Virus record (IMG/VR): IMGVR_UViG_3300035145_002598
Coordinates: 1 to 52,785 of that record
Source of the DNA: a virus
Lineage: Duplodnaviria; Caudoviricetes
Length of the DNA stretch: 52,785 nucleotides
Direction: 5' to 3' (one strand)
Both the position numbers and the translations under genes were made by a program. The notes beneath the pieces are model-generated. The model saw nothing but the letters and a program-made list of their open reading frames with translations. It ran no database searches and was not told the origin of the DNA. Below, in pieces: positions 19,568-29,552 of this stretch (its first letter is position 1; each line of letters starts with the position of its first letter).

Positions 19568-22500
19568 ATGTCCCCCGTTTTATCTATTAATCAGCGCCTC
19601 GGCTCGTTGTTCGGCGAAGACGCTGCGCAGCAAATCAGCAAGGCATCGAAGCCGAGCCCGTCGGCTCCCGTGATGCTCGACGGCGCGTTCTACGCTCACA
19701 GCGAGCTCGACGACGCGCGCGCGAGGCTCGAGCATGTGTTCGACGCGCCGGTGCTCATATTACCCTCCCCACGAGTCACAGGAGCGAGCGATACGTCAAG
19801 CAACGCGAAGCGCTATCCGGTCGTCTCGATGAGCGACGCGCTCACGTCTACCCACACCGTCGACGCTCACATGCAGATGTGCATCGCGCCCGCACTCACG
19901 AAACACGGCAAAGCGCCACGCGCGCGAGTCGACGCGATCCAGACGGGCGACGTGTCTCTGAATTACATCGTTCTCGATTACGACCTCGAGGACCACGGGG
20001 GCGCGAGGATGACGCCCCCACTGTTCCGACGTCTCGTCGGTGAGCTCTCCGCTCATCCGATGCTCGCGGGCGCGGTGTGGTACTCGACGCGCGGAGGGCT
20101 GCGCGCGGTCGTGCGACTCGCTGAGAGCTTCGCTCTTGACCCATCGGCGAGGGGCGCGGATTGGACCGCGTTTTATACGCACATCGTCGCGTCGCTCCCT
20201 CACGCTGAGCGGTGGGATCTCGCTTGTAAGGACGCCTCTCGATTAATGCGTATGCCATACGTAAGGCGAGACGACGAGGATCAGAGAGGCGAGCTCTTTA
20301 TCCCGCGTAACGTGGGCGCGTATACGCTCGACGCTGCGGACCTCGCGGTCGTGGTCGGCGCGCTCACGCGCTCAACGTCTCGCCGTGACGCTGTGAGCGG
20401 TGACGCGCTCCCTCGATTGTTCGAGCGCCTCGGATGGATGAGAGGCGAGTTTAAGCACATCAACGGCGCCCCCGCGTACCTCGCGCAGTGTCCGCTTGAG
20501 CATCTCCACAGCTCCGAGAATGAGTCGTCGACGATCCTACACGCGACCGAGGACGACGGCGGGTACGTGCTTCACTGTCTGCACAACTCATGTCGACAAG
20601 TGTTCAGCGAGTCCGGAGGGTGGCGCGCGTACATCCAACAACGACACGCGGACGAGTGGCGCGAGTGTGTCGGGCGTGACGAGCTCGACTACGTGTACGA
20701 CCCGAATGATCACTGGCGATTCGTCGAGCAAGCGGTCGAGCTCCTCGAGACGGCGTTCCCGAATCGGATCTTTAGGCGTCACGATAACGTCGCGACCGTC
20801 GAGCGCGACATCCACGGAGGCGCGCGGTGGAAGGTCTGGAGCGTCGCGGATCTCACGGGGCTCTTGAATCGCGTCGGGCGATGGAGCGCGATCACGCGAG
20901 AGGGAGAGACGCGCCGAACCTCGGTCCCTGAGCGTATGGTCAAGATCCACCTAGTCGCGATCGCTGACGAGCTCCCGCTGTGTGAGACGTGTACGACGCT
21001 CCCCCCGCTCGATCCTGAGACGCTCGAGCCGACGAGGTTCAGCGAGGGTTACTGCGAGGTGACGCGGTCTTATTTCCTGCCGTGTCCGCAGTTGGACCTC
21101 GCTCAGCTGCGTCGCGTGTACGATCGCCCCGCGTCACCGAGCCGAGCGATAAACGCGTACATGAGGCTCATTGATATTTATCACGATTTCCCGTGGAGAG
21201 ATCGAGCGCACCAGGTCCTCGGCGCGTCGATCGCGTTTACTGTCGCGCTTCGTCGCTCGATGGACGTCGCGCCGATGGTGTTCGTCTCAGCGAACAATAA
21301 GGGCGTCGGGAAAACGAAATTGATCAGCGCAGCGACCGCGAGCGTGTATGGTACGACGCCCCCTCTCGCGTCACTCCCGTCGCGTGAGGAGGAGCTTAAG
21401 AAGGTCCTCGACTCGTTGGTCCACAGTGACTCGGATATCTTCATCGCGGATAATGTCGCGAGCCGTATCGGGGGAGCGACGCTCGACGCGTTCCTCACGT
21501 CCCCTCTACACACCTATCGCCCTTTAGGTATAACTGATACCCGCGTCGCTCCGAACCGCGTATTCATCGGCGCGACCGGAAACAACGCGACGCTGAGCGG
21601 TGACACCGACCGGCGCGCGATCATGATTCGTCTCGTGACCGATCTTGAGCACCCTGAACAGCGACGCGGGTTCAGGCACGCGGACCTCCTCGCGACCGCG
21701 CGGTCGCGTGTTACCGATACGTGGTGCGCGATCCTCGAGATCCTGCGAGCGTGGCGGTCGGCTCCCGAGGCTGAGCGTCGCGCGATCCTCGACGAGGCTC
21801 GACCGTTCGGATCATATGAGCGATGGGCTGAGATCGTGCGCGACCCTCTCATGTGGATCTCTGGGCTCGCTCACGGTGAAGCTCAGGACGTGGTCGCGCT
21901 GTCACGCGAGGAGGTCGACGTCGCACGAGAGGACGATCGAACGGAGCTCTTCTCGATCCTCGCGGATTGGCAAGCGTCGCGACGTGGCTCGGAGAGTTGG
22001 ACCTCTCGCGACCTGTTCCGCGCGATCACTTCCGCGATGGAGGACGAGCCCGACTCACCGCTCGCCGGTATCGGCGAGGGGATGTATCGATGTACGCTCC
22101 GCAGTGTGTCGCTCTTAGTCTCGCAACGACGCGACCAAGTCAGCGCGGGGTATCGCCTCAACGCGAAGAAGAGCGGGGGAACGCTGAAATACAAGCTCAG
22201 CGCGGTCGACGGGAGCGAGCCACCTCCACCACCGCCGAAGCCGGACCCGTGGGGGACGCCTCCCACGACGCCGACGACGCCCCCTCCCCCGAAGCCGAGA
22301 GGCGAGCCGTTACCCGTGATCAACTGGACGAGCGCGTGCGATCAGGGTTCGGCGTATGAGGTCGACGCGCGACTCGTCGAGGAGCGTCCGCATTATGAAC
22401 CACTCACTCGCCGATGCTCGTTTTTACGCGAGGACATGTGCGCGCGCGATCGTATTCCTTGCGAGTACATGAGCGCGATCGATGGCGGGGCTGATGGCGG

Positions 22501-23005
22501 GATCACTCAACAACTCACGGACGCATTACGGAGCACTATGAGCGACGATATTGAGCGCATTGAAGCGCCCCCTCTCATCCCCCTCGACTCGACGGATCAC
22601 CCGCGCGCGATCGAGATCATCCGCGCGGAGTTTGCGGTCAAGGCGACACAACAAGCGATCGCCGACCGGCTGAATCGTGAGAACGTCCCCCCGCCGAACG
22701 GGAGGAAATGGACGAGCGCGAAGGTCGGAGTCATCGCGCGGAAGAACCAGATCACACGCCCGAAGAAAGTCGACGCGCCGAAAGCGGACCGCGTGCTCGA
22801 GCGCGATGGGCATTGGGCGGGCTATTGGAGCGACGCTCACCCGCTCACGACCCCATCGAGCGACGCCCCGAGCGTACCACAAGCGCACAGCGGGACGCGT
22901 ACAGCGAGCGCGAAAGCGATCCTCTCAGCACTCTACGGTCGCGCGATGGATTGCCGTGACGCGTATCTCGCGCGCGTCAAGTTCGAGGAAGAGTCGCCCG
23001 CATGA
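19568..23005 (+). CDS. Primase-helicase fusion (prim-pol-like domain, Zn finger, P-loop NTPase, C-terminal DNA-binding module)
   Basis: VLDYD...YSTRGGLRAVV...DASRLMRMP primase-like motifs; CPLEHLH...HCLHNSC; Walker A NKGVGKT; FIADNV; ATGNN...DTDRR. Confidence 0.75.
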   Translation: MSPVLSINQRLGSLFGEDAAQQISKASKPSPSAPVMLDGAFYAHSELDDARARLEHVFDAPVLILPSPRVTGASDTSSNAKRYPVVSMSDALTSTHTVDAHMQMCIAPALTKHGKAPRARVDAIQTGDVSLNYIVLDYDLEDHGGARMTPPLFRRLVGELSAHPMLAGAVWYSTRGGLRAVVRLAESFALDPSARGADWTAFYTHIVASLPHAERWDLACKDASRLMRMPYVRRDDEDQRGELFIPRNVGAYTLDAADLAVVVGALTRSTSRRDAVSGDALPRLFERLGWMRGEFKHINGAPAYLAQCPLEHLHSSENESSTILHATEDDGGYVLHCLHNSCRQVFSESGGWRAYIQQRHADEWRECVGRDELDYVYDPNDHWRFVEQAVELLETAFPNRIFRRHDNVATVERDIHGGARWKVWSVADLTGLLNRVGRWSAITREGETRRTSVPERMVKIHLVAIADELPLCETCTTLPPLDPETLEPTRFSEGYCEVTRSYFLPCPQLDLAQLRRVYDRPASPSRAINAYMRLIDIYHDFPWRDRAHQVLGASIAFTVALRRSMDVAPMVFVSANNKGVGKTKLISAATASVYGTTPPLASLPSREEELKKVLDSLVHSDSDIFIADNVASRIGGATLDAFLTSPLHTYRPLGITDTRVAPNRVFIGATGNNATLSGDTDRRAIMIRLVTDLEHPEQRRGFRHADLLATARSRVTDTWCAILEILRAWRSAPEAERRAILDEARPFGSYERWAEIVRDPLMWISGLAHGEAQDVVALSREEVDVAREDDRTELFSILADWQASRRGSESWTSRDLFRAITSAMEDEPDSPLAGIGEGMYRCTLRSVSLLVSQRRDQVSAGYRLNAKKSGGTLKYKLSAVDGSEPPPPPPKPDPWGTPPTTPTTPPPPKPRGEPLPVINWTSACDQGSAYEVDARLVEERPHYEPLTRRCSFLREDMCARDRIPCEYMSAIDGGADGGITQQLTDALRSTMSDDIERIEAPPLIPLDSTDHPRAIEIIRAEFAVKATQQAIADRLNRENVPPPNGRKWTSAKVGVIARKNQITRPKKVDAPKADRVLERDGHWAGYWSDAHPLTTPSSDAPSVPQAHSGTRTASAKAILSALYGRAMDCRDAYLARVKFEEESPA

Positions 23006-24141
23006 TCCCACATGTTAGCGCGTCTCAGATAAAGACGTTCCGCGATTGTCCGCGTAAATGGTACTTACAGAAGGTCGTGAAACTCCCCTCGCCGTCTACC
23101 GCTGCGACGGAGCTCGGCGGTCAGGTACACGCGGAGCTCGAGGCGTGGTTACGGGACGGGAAAGAGTTCAGCGCGACGCTCGCCGGAGAGATCGCGAAGA
23201 GCGGAGCGCACCACGTCCCCACGGATCGACACGTCGAGATCGAGTTGAGTCTCGCCGAGCGTATCCCGATCAACGACTCGCCCGTCAGGGTGGTCGGGTT
23301 CATCGATGCGCTCTACCCCTACGAGCCCGCGATGATATTGGACCACAAGACGAGCTCAAATAAGCGCTACACGAAGACAGCGCGCGAGCTGGCTCATGAC
23401 GTGCAGCTCGCACTCTACGCGAAAGCGTACCTCGATCACGCGCCCGACGTGGACGAGGTCACTTTAACACACGTCTATTACGGGACGCGCGGAGCGCCCT
23501 GGAGTAAGCGCGTAGACTCGAAGGTAACACGCGACCACGTCGAGACACAGTGGGCGCAGATCCGCGCGACTATCGAGGAGATGATCGAGGTCTCACACGC
23601 ACAGAGCGCAGCGGACGCGCCCCCCTCATACGACTCATGCGATAAATACGGCGGTTGCCCCTACGCGGGGGAATGCTTCCACGCCGACAAACAACGACCC
23701 CCACAAACAGAGAACAACGAAACGGAGAACGACATGACACCAGCAGAGCGACTCGCACAGCTCGGACTCGCCGAGCCCACAGCACCAAAGACCCCGAAGC
23801 CTAAGACAACGAAGCCGACGACACCCGCTCCAAAGAGCGGAGCCCCTAAGACGCGTATTCTGTACATCGGATGCACGCCTATTAAAGGAGCGTCGAATCC
23901 ACCGACGAACGCGGTCGAGGCGTTCACAACGATCAACGCTAAGCTCTGCGCCGAGTTCAAGGTGCCACACTTGGGACTCGTCGATTACGGTCGAGGGTGG
24001 GCTGCGTACTCTGGCGCGATCACCTCGGCGGGGTGGCCTAACGACGTGAGCGCGCTTTATCTCGATCCGCTGTGTCAGGAGTACGAGCGACTCGTCTCTC
24101 CGCTCTCTGAGCTCGCGGACGTGATTATCCGTCGTCTATGA
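23002..24141 (+). CDS. PD-(D/E)XK (Cas4/RecB-like) exonuclease
   Basis: SASQIKTFRDCPRKW, GGQVH, GFID, LDHKT, QLALY and C-terminal Cys cluster (CDKYGGCPYAGEC). Confidence 0.85.
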   Translation: MIPHVSASQIKTFRDCPRKWYLQKVVKLPSPSTAATELGGQVHAELEAWLRDGKEFSATLAGEIAKSGAHHVPTDRHVEIELSLAERIPINDSPVRVVGFIDALYPYEPAMILDHKTSSNKRYTKTARELAHDVQLALYAKAYLDHAPDVDEVTLTHVYYGTRGAPWSKRVDSKVTRDHVETQWAQIRATIEEMIEVSHAQSAADAPPSYDSCDKYGGCPYAGECFHADKQRPPQTENNETENDMTPAERLAQLGLAEPTAPKTPKPKTTKPTTPAPKSGAPKTRILYIGCTPIKGASNPPTNAVEAFTTINAKLCAEFKVPHLGLVDYGRGWAAYSGAITSAGWPNDVSALYLDPLCQEYERLVSPLSELADVIIRRL

Positions 24142-25808
24142 GTGAACCGGAGGACGTTCGCCGACTGAGGGAGCTCCCCCTCGACGTCGAGGTCACGGGC
24201 GAGGAGTACGTCGATCAGTTGACGCGATTATACGCGCGCGATCCAGATGCACCGACGCAGACACTAAGACCGCTTCAAGCTGCGATGCTCGTGCAAGCGA
24301 TACGCGGAGACGGTCTCGTCGCGCTCGCGGGGTGTGGATCGGGCAAGACCTTAACGTCTCTCTTATTGCCCCTCGTGCTCGGCGCGGAGCGTCCGCTGTT
24401 ACTACTCCCCGCAGCGATGCGCGCGCAGAACGCGAGCGACCAACGCGACTACGCGCAGCATTGGCGACTCATCCCCGTCGAGGTCATGAGCTACGAGGGG
24501 TTAAGCTCACCGAGTCAACGCGCGCGTCTCGAGGAGCTCGCGCCCGACCTGATCATCTGCGACGAGGCTCACGCGTTAAGGAACCTCAAGAGCGCGCGCG
24601 TGAGACGCCTCGAGTCGTACATCCGAGCGAGTCGCGCGAAGCTCTGCGCGCTGAGCGGGACGCTCGTCTCTCGCAGTCTGCGCGACTACGCTCATGTGAT
24701 GAATTGGGCGCTCCGCGTGTGGTCCCCCCTCCCTCGACACAACAGCATGATCGACATGTTCGCTCGCGTGATCGAGGACGGCGACGCGACGAAACAGATG
24801 AGCGAATATGTCGACAGCGCGCTCCCTCCAGGTGACACGCTCGAGGATCGCTTACACGTCCGGCTCCGTCGATCGCGGGGGGTCGTGATCTCGAGTGATC
24901 AGCGCGTCGCGTCCTCCCTCGTTATCGAGACGCGCAGATACAAACAATCGAAGAGGCTGCGCTCGGCGCTCGTGCGTCTGCTAGCAGATCAGAACGTCGT
25001 GAGCGCGACACACGACGCGCTTGATGAGGAGACCGTCGAGCTCATGCTGCGTAGCTCGGATCTGTGGAGCCCGAAGGATGCGATCTACTCGCGCGTGTGG
25101 GCTCAGCTCGCTATGGGTTGCGTGTACATATGGGATTGGGGAGACCGCGCTCCCGATTATCAATGGGTCGAAGCTCGGCGCGGTTGGGGCTCGACGGCTC
25201 GGCGTATTCTGGACGTCGGTCGCTATGACTCCGAAGCGCTCTTAAAGCGTGACTTGAGGAGCGGAGCGTACAGAGATCAGCGTGCGCGCGACGCGCTTGA
25301 TGCGTGGGACGCTGTGAGGGATCGAGAGCCACCGATGACGCGCGCGATATGGGTTGATACGTCGTGGGTCGAGGACGTCGTCGCGTGGGCTCGTGCTCAG
25401 AAGGACCCGCCGATCATCTGGGTGCAGTTGCAAGAGGTCGCGCGCAAACTACACGATTTGACAGGGTGGGCGATGTACGGGAGCGGGAGCGAGGCGAGCG
25501 CGCAGCTCGACGCTAATCGACACACCGCTCACCCGTGTATCATGTCGATCGCGTCACATGGTACGGGGAAGAATCTCCAAGCGTGGCGCTCTCAGATCGT
25601 CGCGCATCCCCTCTCGCATCCGGCGCGATGGGAGCAGATGATCGCGCGCACACACCGACACGGACAGCTCGCCGACTCCGTGAGCGTGACCGTGTATCGT
25701 CACGGGCTGTTCGGTCGCGCGCTCAACAAAGCGAGGAAAGACGCGCAGTACATCGTCGACACGACGGGACAAGAGCAGCGCTTAATCTACGCCGATGAAG
25801 CGCGTTAA
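24138..25808 (+). CDS. Superfamily 2 (SNF2-like) helicase
   Basis: LRPLQ, GCGSGKT, ICDEAH, LSGT, GTGKNLQ and EQMIARTHRHGQ motifs. Confidence 0.85.
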   Translation: MSEPEDVRRLRELPLDVEVTGEEYVDQLTRLYARDPDAPTQTLRPLQAAMLVQAIRGDGLVALAGCGSGKTLTSLLLPLVLGAERPLLLLPAAMRAQNASDQRDYAQHWRLIPVEVMSYEGLSSPSQRARLEELAPDLIICDEAHALRNLKSARVRRLESYIRASRAKLCALSGTLVSRSLRDYAHVMNWALRVWSPLPRHNSMIDMFARVIEDGDATKQMSEYVDSALPPGDTLEDRLHVRLRRSRGVVISSDQRVASSLVIETRRYKQSKRLRSALVRLLADQNVVSATHDALDEETVELMLRSSDLWSPKDAIYSRVWAQLAMGCVYIWDWGDRAPDYQWVEARRGWGSTARRILDVGRYDSEALLKRDLRSGAYRDQRARDALDAWDAVRDREPPMTRAIWVDTSWVEDVVAWARAQKDPPIIWVQLQEVARKLHDLTGWAMYGSGSEASAQLDANRHTAHPCIMSIASHGTGKNLQAWRSQIVAHPLSHPARWEQMIARTHRHGQLADSVSVTVYRHGLFGRALNKARKDAQYIVDTTGQEQRLIYADEAR

Positions 25809-25827
25809 ACTTTTTTAACATTGTATC

Positions 25828-25856
25828 TTGACACCTCGAGCGGGGTGTCTTACTGT
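25828..25856 (+). promoter_or_regulatory. Sigma70-type promoter upstream of the SSB gene, with an overlapping inverted repeat
   Basis: TTGACA-N17-TACTGT; GACACC...GGTGTC inverted repeat across the spacer; AT-rich dyad just upstream. Confidence 0.6.
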
Positions 25857-25926
25857 GAGGATCCTCGCTCGTTTCGCGGGGCAACACGAAACAACGATCG
25901 CACGATCAAAGACACAAGGAGTCAAC

Positions 25927-26490
25927 ATGACTTTTGACATTGGACAGTATTCAGACGACATCGCGAACGCGGAGTTCGACCGCGTGGACCGCGATTTCAT
26001 GGAGGCGGGGACGCACCTCATCCGGATCGAGGGAGTCCCCGCGATCACCTCGAAAAACACGGGGAACAATCTCGTGATCCTCGAGGCGCAGATCGTCTCG
26101 TCCGACTACCACGCGCCCGAGACGCTGGTTAAGCACCTCTTCCAACTCTCAGGGGTCGACCGTTGGAAGGTGCAGAGGAATCTCTCGCAACTGAAATCGA
26201 TCGTCGCTGCAACGCTCCCCGCCGAGGCGAGACACCTCGTCACCGCTGACATCGTAAACAAGGCGTTTCGCGAGGGGCTGTGCGTCGGCGCGGTCATCAA
26301 GGTCGTCGTCAAAAAGAAGACCTCTAAAAATGGCGCGGAGTACCTCGACTACTCGTTCCTCGCTGGACCCGAGGAGCTCAACCGAGGCGACGAGCCTGAG
26401 ACCGAAGAGACCGCTCCGTCCGGTAACAACTGGAACGTGAGCGAGGGTGATGACGCGAGCGACGACGACGGCGCTGACGTACCGTTTTAA
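25927..26490 (+). CDS. Putative single-stranded DNA-binding protein
   Basis: AAGGAG RBS before ATG 25927; beta-rich core; acidic tail ending DDDGADVPF; lies between helicase and polymerase. Confidence 0.65.
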   Translation: MTFDIGQYSDDIANAEFDRVDRDFMEAGTHLIRIEGVPAITSKNTGNNLVILEAQIVSSDYHAPETLVKHLFQLSGVDRWKVQRNLSQLKSIVAATLPAEARHLVTADIVNKAFREGLCVGAVIKVVVKKKTSKNGAEYLDYSFLAGPEELNRGDEPETEETAPSGNNWNVSEGDDASDDDGADVPF

Positions 26491-26557
26491 TCGTTGACTG
26501 ACGACGCTAGACGTGATACTCAACGCGAGAACTCTCTCCGTTGGGTTCTGAACTAGC

Positions 26558-26600
26558 AAACGACGCCCTCGATCGTCAACACCGGTCGGGGGTTTCGTTT
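26558..26600 (+). terminator. Hairpin between SSB and polymerase genes (possible terminator or attenuator)
   Basis: AAACGA..CCCTCGATCG-loop-CGGTCGGGGG..TCGTTT imperfect stem with G-U pairs and a short T-rich end. Confidence 0.4.
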
Positions 26601-26622
26601 ATCTACGAGACAGGAGAGAGCG

Positions 26623-28482
26623 ATGCTAATCGCAATTGATACAGAGACCTATTTGATCAAGGGTAGGAATGTCCCGCCGTTCGTGTGCCTCAGTTACGCG
26701 GAGCTCGTCGGCGCTGAATGGCGCGCGGGTGTGATGCGCGGAGAGGACGCTCGCGCGTATCTGGAGCGCGCGTTCTTGGGACACACGGTGATCTTACATA
26801 ACGCGCGCTTTGACCTCTGCGTGATCGCGCGCACGTTCCCCTCGTTGATGCCGATCATGTTCACGGCGTTAGACGAGGGGCGCGTTCATGACACGCGGAT
26901 CCGCGAGAAGCTACACAAGATCGCGAGAGGGGGAACGGGGGACGGCGTGATCCTCGACGAGGACGGACAGAGCGTCGGCGCGAAGCTGAGCCTCGGCGGG
27001 CTCGCGTTCAAATACTATCAACTCGACATCCGAGAATCGAAGAGGGGGGGCGTCCGATACACGTATGACGAGCTCGCCGACACTCCGCTCGAGGAGTGGG
27101 GCGACCAGGCGATCAACTACGCTACACAAGACGCGCTCTTGACGGGGCTCGTGTTCCACGCACAAGCGCAAGCGATCCCGAGCGAGGAGCTCCTCGACGA
27201 GTGTGCTCAGGTGCGCGCTGATTTCGCGCTCGGCTTGATCGGCGCGGAGGGGATGCGCGTCGATCCAGACGCGGTCGGAGGGGTCCGCGCTGCGATCGAC
27301 GCCGAGGTCGAGGAGCTCAAGACTCAGCTTCGTCGCGTCGGTCTACTCGACGTAAAAGGTAAAGCGAACACCGCGCTCATCAAGGATAAGATTGACCTCA
27401 TCCTCTCGACGCGGGGCGACGAGGTCCCCAAGACCTCGAGCGGAGAGGTCAGCACATCACGCGACGCGCTCCTCGCGACGGGTGATCCGGATCTCGCGCT
27501 CCTCGATCAGTACCGTCGCGCGGTGAAGCTCGGCTCGACATACGTCGGAGAGCTCGAGAGCGCGAAGCACTACGGCGGGATCCTGCGCGCGGAGTATAGC
27601 GTGCTGATGAGGACGGGGCGAACGTCGTGCAAGCGCCCGAACTTACAGAACCTCCCGCGACGTGGGGGGATCCGCGACTGCTTCATCCCGCGCGAGGGTA
27701 ACGTGTTCATTCTCTGCGACTACGATGCAGCGGAGATGAGGACGCTCGCCGAGTGTTATCTCTACGTGACCGGCGAACACTCACCGCTCGGCGAGATGTA
27801 TGCGCAGGATCCGCAGTTCGACCCACACTCGTATTTAGGCGCGCGGATCCTCGGGATCGAGTACGAGGAGATGCTTAAGCGCGTCGCGGAGGGTGATGTC
27901 GAGGCGAAGGGCATGAGGCAACGAGCCAAGCCCGCGAACTTCGGATACGCGGGAGGCATGGGCGCGAGCGCGTTCATCAACTACGCGCGAGGGTACGGCG
28001 TCAAGCTGAGCGAAGAGGAAGCGAGCGACTTACGCGACACCTGGATCTCGACGTACAAGATGAGGCCGTGGTTCAAGGAAGCGGAGCGCGCGCACAACGA
28101 CGGGCGCGTGATCTGTCCATCGTCGCAACGCATCCGCGGGAATCCGAGTTATACGGAGTCCGCGAATATGCCGTTTCAAGGTATGGCTGCGGACGGCGCG
28201 AAGCGCGCTCTCTTCGAGCTCGCTCGCGAGTGTTGGACCGATCCAGAGTCTCCGCTGTTCGGGTGTCGTCCGGTCGCGTTCATTCATGATGAGGTGCTCG
28301 TCGAGTCCCCGAAGGAGCGCGCGCACGAGGCAGCGATGCGCGTGCGCGAGATCATGGAGCGCGAGATGATGGTGTGTACACCCAACGTCCCCGCGTCCGC
28401 GACGCCCGCGCTCGCGACGCGTTGGCTCAAGGGCGCTGAGCCCAAGTATGACGAGCGCGGTCGCCTCATCCCGTGGGGGTGA
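26623..28482 (+). CDS. polA: Family A DNA polymerase with 3'-5' exonuclease
   Basis: AIDTET (Exo I), HNARFD (Exo II), YATQD (Exo III), TGRTS..PNLQNLP, CDYDAAEMR (motif A), RQRAKPANFG (motif B), FIHDE (motif C). Confidence 0.93.
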   Translation: MLIAIDTETYLIKGRNVPPFVCLSYAELVGAEWRAGVMRGEDARAYLERAFLGHTVILHNARFDLCVIARTFPSLMPIMFTALDEGRVHDTRIREKLHKIARGGTGDGVILDEDGQSVGAKLSLGGLAFKYYQLDIRESKRGGVRYTYDELADTPLEEWGDQAINYATQDALLTGLVFHAQAQAIPSEELLDECAQVRADFALGLIGAEGMRVDPDAVGGVRAAIDAEVEELKTQLRRVGLLDVKGKANTALIKDKIDLILSTRGDEVPKTSSGEVSTSRDALLATGDPDLALLDQYRRAVKLGSTYVGELESAKHYGGILRAEYSVLMRTGRTSCKRPNLQNLPRRGGIRDCFIPREGNVFILCDYDAAEMRTLAECYLYVTGEHSPLGEMYAQDPQFDPHSYLGARILGIEYEEMLKRVAEGDVEAKGMRQRAKPANFGYAGGMGASAFINYARGYGVKLSEEEASDLRDTWISTYKMRPWFKEAERAHNDGRVICPSSQRIRGNPSYTESANMPFQGMAADGAKRALFELARECWTDPESPLFGCRPVAFIHDEVLVESPKERAHEAAMRVREIMEREMMVCTPNVPASATPALATRWLKGAEPKYDERGRLIPWG

Positions 28483-28483
28483 G

Positions 28484-28741
28484 TTAACGGTTCTCGATCT
28501 TACGGTCGAGCGCGGTTAAGCGCTCCTCGAGTCGAGCGAGCGTCGTCGAGATCTTGGTGACGTTCTCCTCGATGCGCGTGAGCGTGCGCGCGGTGTCACC
28601 CGCTCCGCTCTCTAGCGCGGAGACCTTAGTGCGGAGCTCGGCGATCTCCGCAGCGTGAGACGCGCGCGCTCCGCTGATCTGCCAGAGCGAATACGCGATC
28701 CCGACGAGTCCGGTGAGCTGTGTGATGGTTAACTCGTTCAT
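28484..28741 (-). CDS. Small membrane protein, one TM plus coiled coil (holin-like)
   Basis: ATG 28741 with AAGGAG RBS; hydrophobic N-terminus, heptad C-terminus; last gene of the minus-strand late operon. Confidence 0.45.
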   Translation of the reverse strand: MNELTITQLTGLVGIAYSLWQISGARASHAAEIAELRTKVSALESGAGDTARTLTRIEENVTKISTTLARLEERLTALDRKIENR

Positions 28742-29211
28742 CGTGTCGTCTCCTTCATCAACAGCGAGCCGACGATGATGATCGTCGCCGACCCGAGCAC
28801 GCCGATCGTCGCCCACATGTACAAGTCGCGCTCCGCTTCGAGCTCGGTGTTCAACGTGAGCGCGTCATTCAATGCGCTCTCGGTGTCCTGGAGTCTTAGC
28901 GCGTAGGTGTCAGCGACCTCGAGGAGCGTCGAGCGCTCAGCGTGTATGAGCTCGCGGTCTCTCTCGAGTCCGCGGATACACTCGTCGAGCGTCTCGTTGA
29001 TCGCCCACTGACACACAGAGCGCGAGGTCCTCAACGCTGAGCGGATCCGAACCCAGTCGCGCGGAGAGATGAACGCCCCGTCGCTCGGCGCGGGCTCGCT
29101 GAGCTTGAGGCGCGTCGCGGTGATCGGCTCGATCTCGTACCCGAGGTCGATCACGAGGAGGGGCGTCGCCGGTTGGAGTATCAGCGTAAGCGAGAGGAGC
29201 TGCGCGATCAT
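28738..29211 (-). CDS. Membrane protein with N-terminal signal, coiled coil and C-terminal TM (spanin-like)
   Basis: MIAQLLSLTLILQP N-terminus; YMWATIGVLGSATIIIVGSLL C-terminal TM; ATGA coupling at both ends. Confidence 0.4.
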   Translation of the reverse strand: MIAQLLSLTLILQPATPLLVIDLGYEIEPITATRLKLSEPAPSDGAFISPRDWVRIRSALRTSRSVCQWAINETLDECIRGLERDRELIHAERSTLLEVADTYALRLQDTESALNDALTLNTELEAERDLYMWATIGVLGSATIIIVGSLLMKETTR

Positions 29212-29552
29212 GGTGACACGCATCCCCACGCGCCCGCGTCGCTCAGCGCGTCGGCGACCTCTTGCGCGCAGACGCTCTCGCAGTCGATCGCGCAATCCGC
29301 TGCACCCTGCGCGCGCGCTCTCGTGAGTTGTCCGCTCAGCTCGTCGCGTTGCTTCGTGAGCTTCCGGACCTCTTCAAGCAACGGCTCGCGCTGCTCCGCG
29401 CAGATGACGCGCTGAGCGTTGACGCCCTGACGAACGCCCACCAAATAAGCGCCGAGGAGCAGAGAGAACGCGAGCACGCCCGCCCCGCCCCAGAGGAGCT
29501 CGCTTCGTCGCGCGCTGAACAACGCGCGGAGTGTTTCGAGTGTTGTAATCAT
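29208..29552 (-). CDS. Membrane protein with TM, coiled coil and CxxxCxxxC tail (i-spanin-like)
   Basis: LLWGGAGVLAFSLLLGAYLVGV TM, heptad region, DCAIDCESVC. Confidence 0.4.
   Translation of the reverse strand: MITTLETLRALFSARRSELLWGGAGVLAFSLLLGAYLVGVRQGVNAQRVICAEQREPLLEEVRKLTKQRDELSGQLTRARAQGAADCAIDCESVCAQEVADALSDAGAWGCVSP

Noticed and set aside
26623-28482. 2-aminoadenine (Z) or other modified-base system
   Set aside because: No purZ, datZ or other modification enzyme recognised in the window; the polymerase motif change alone is insufficient
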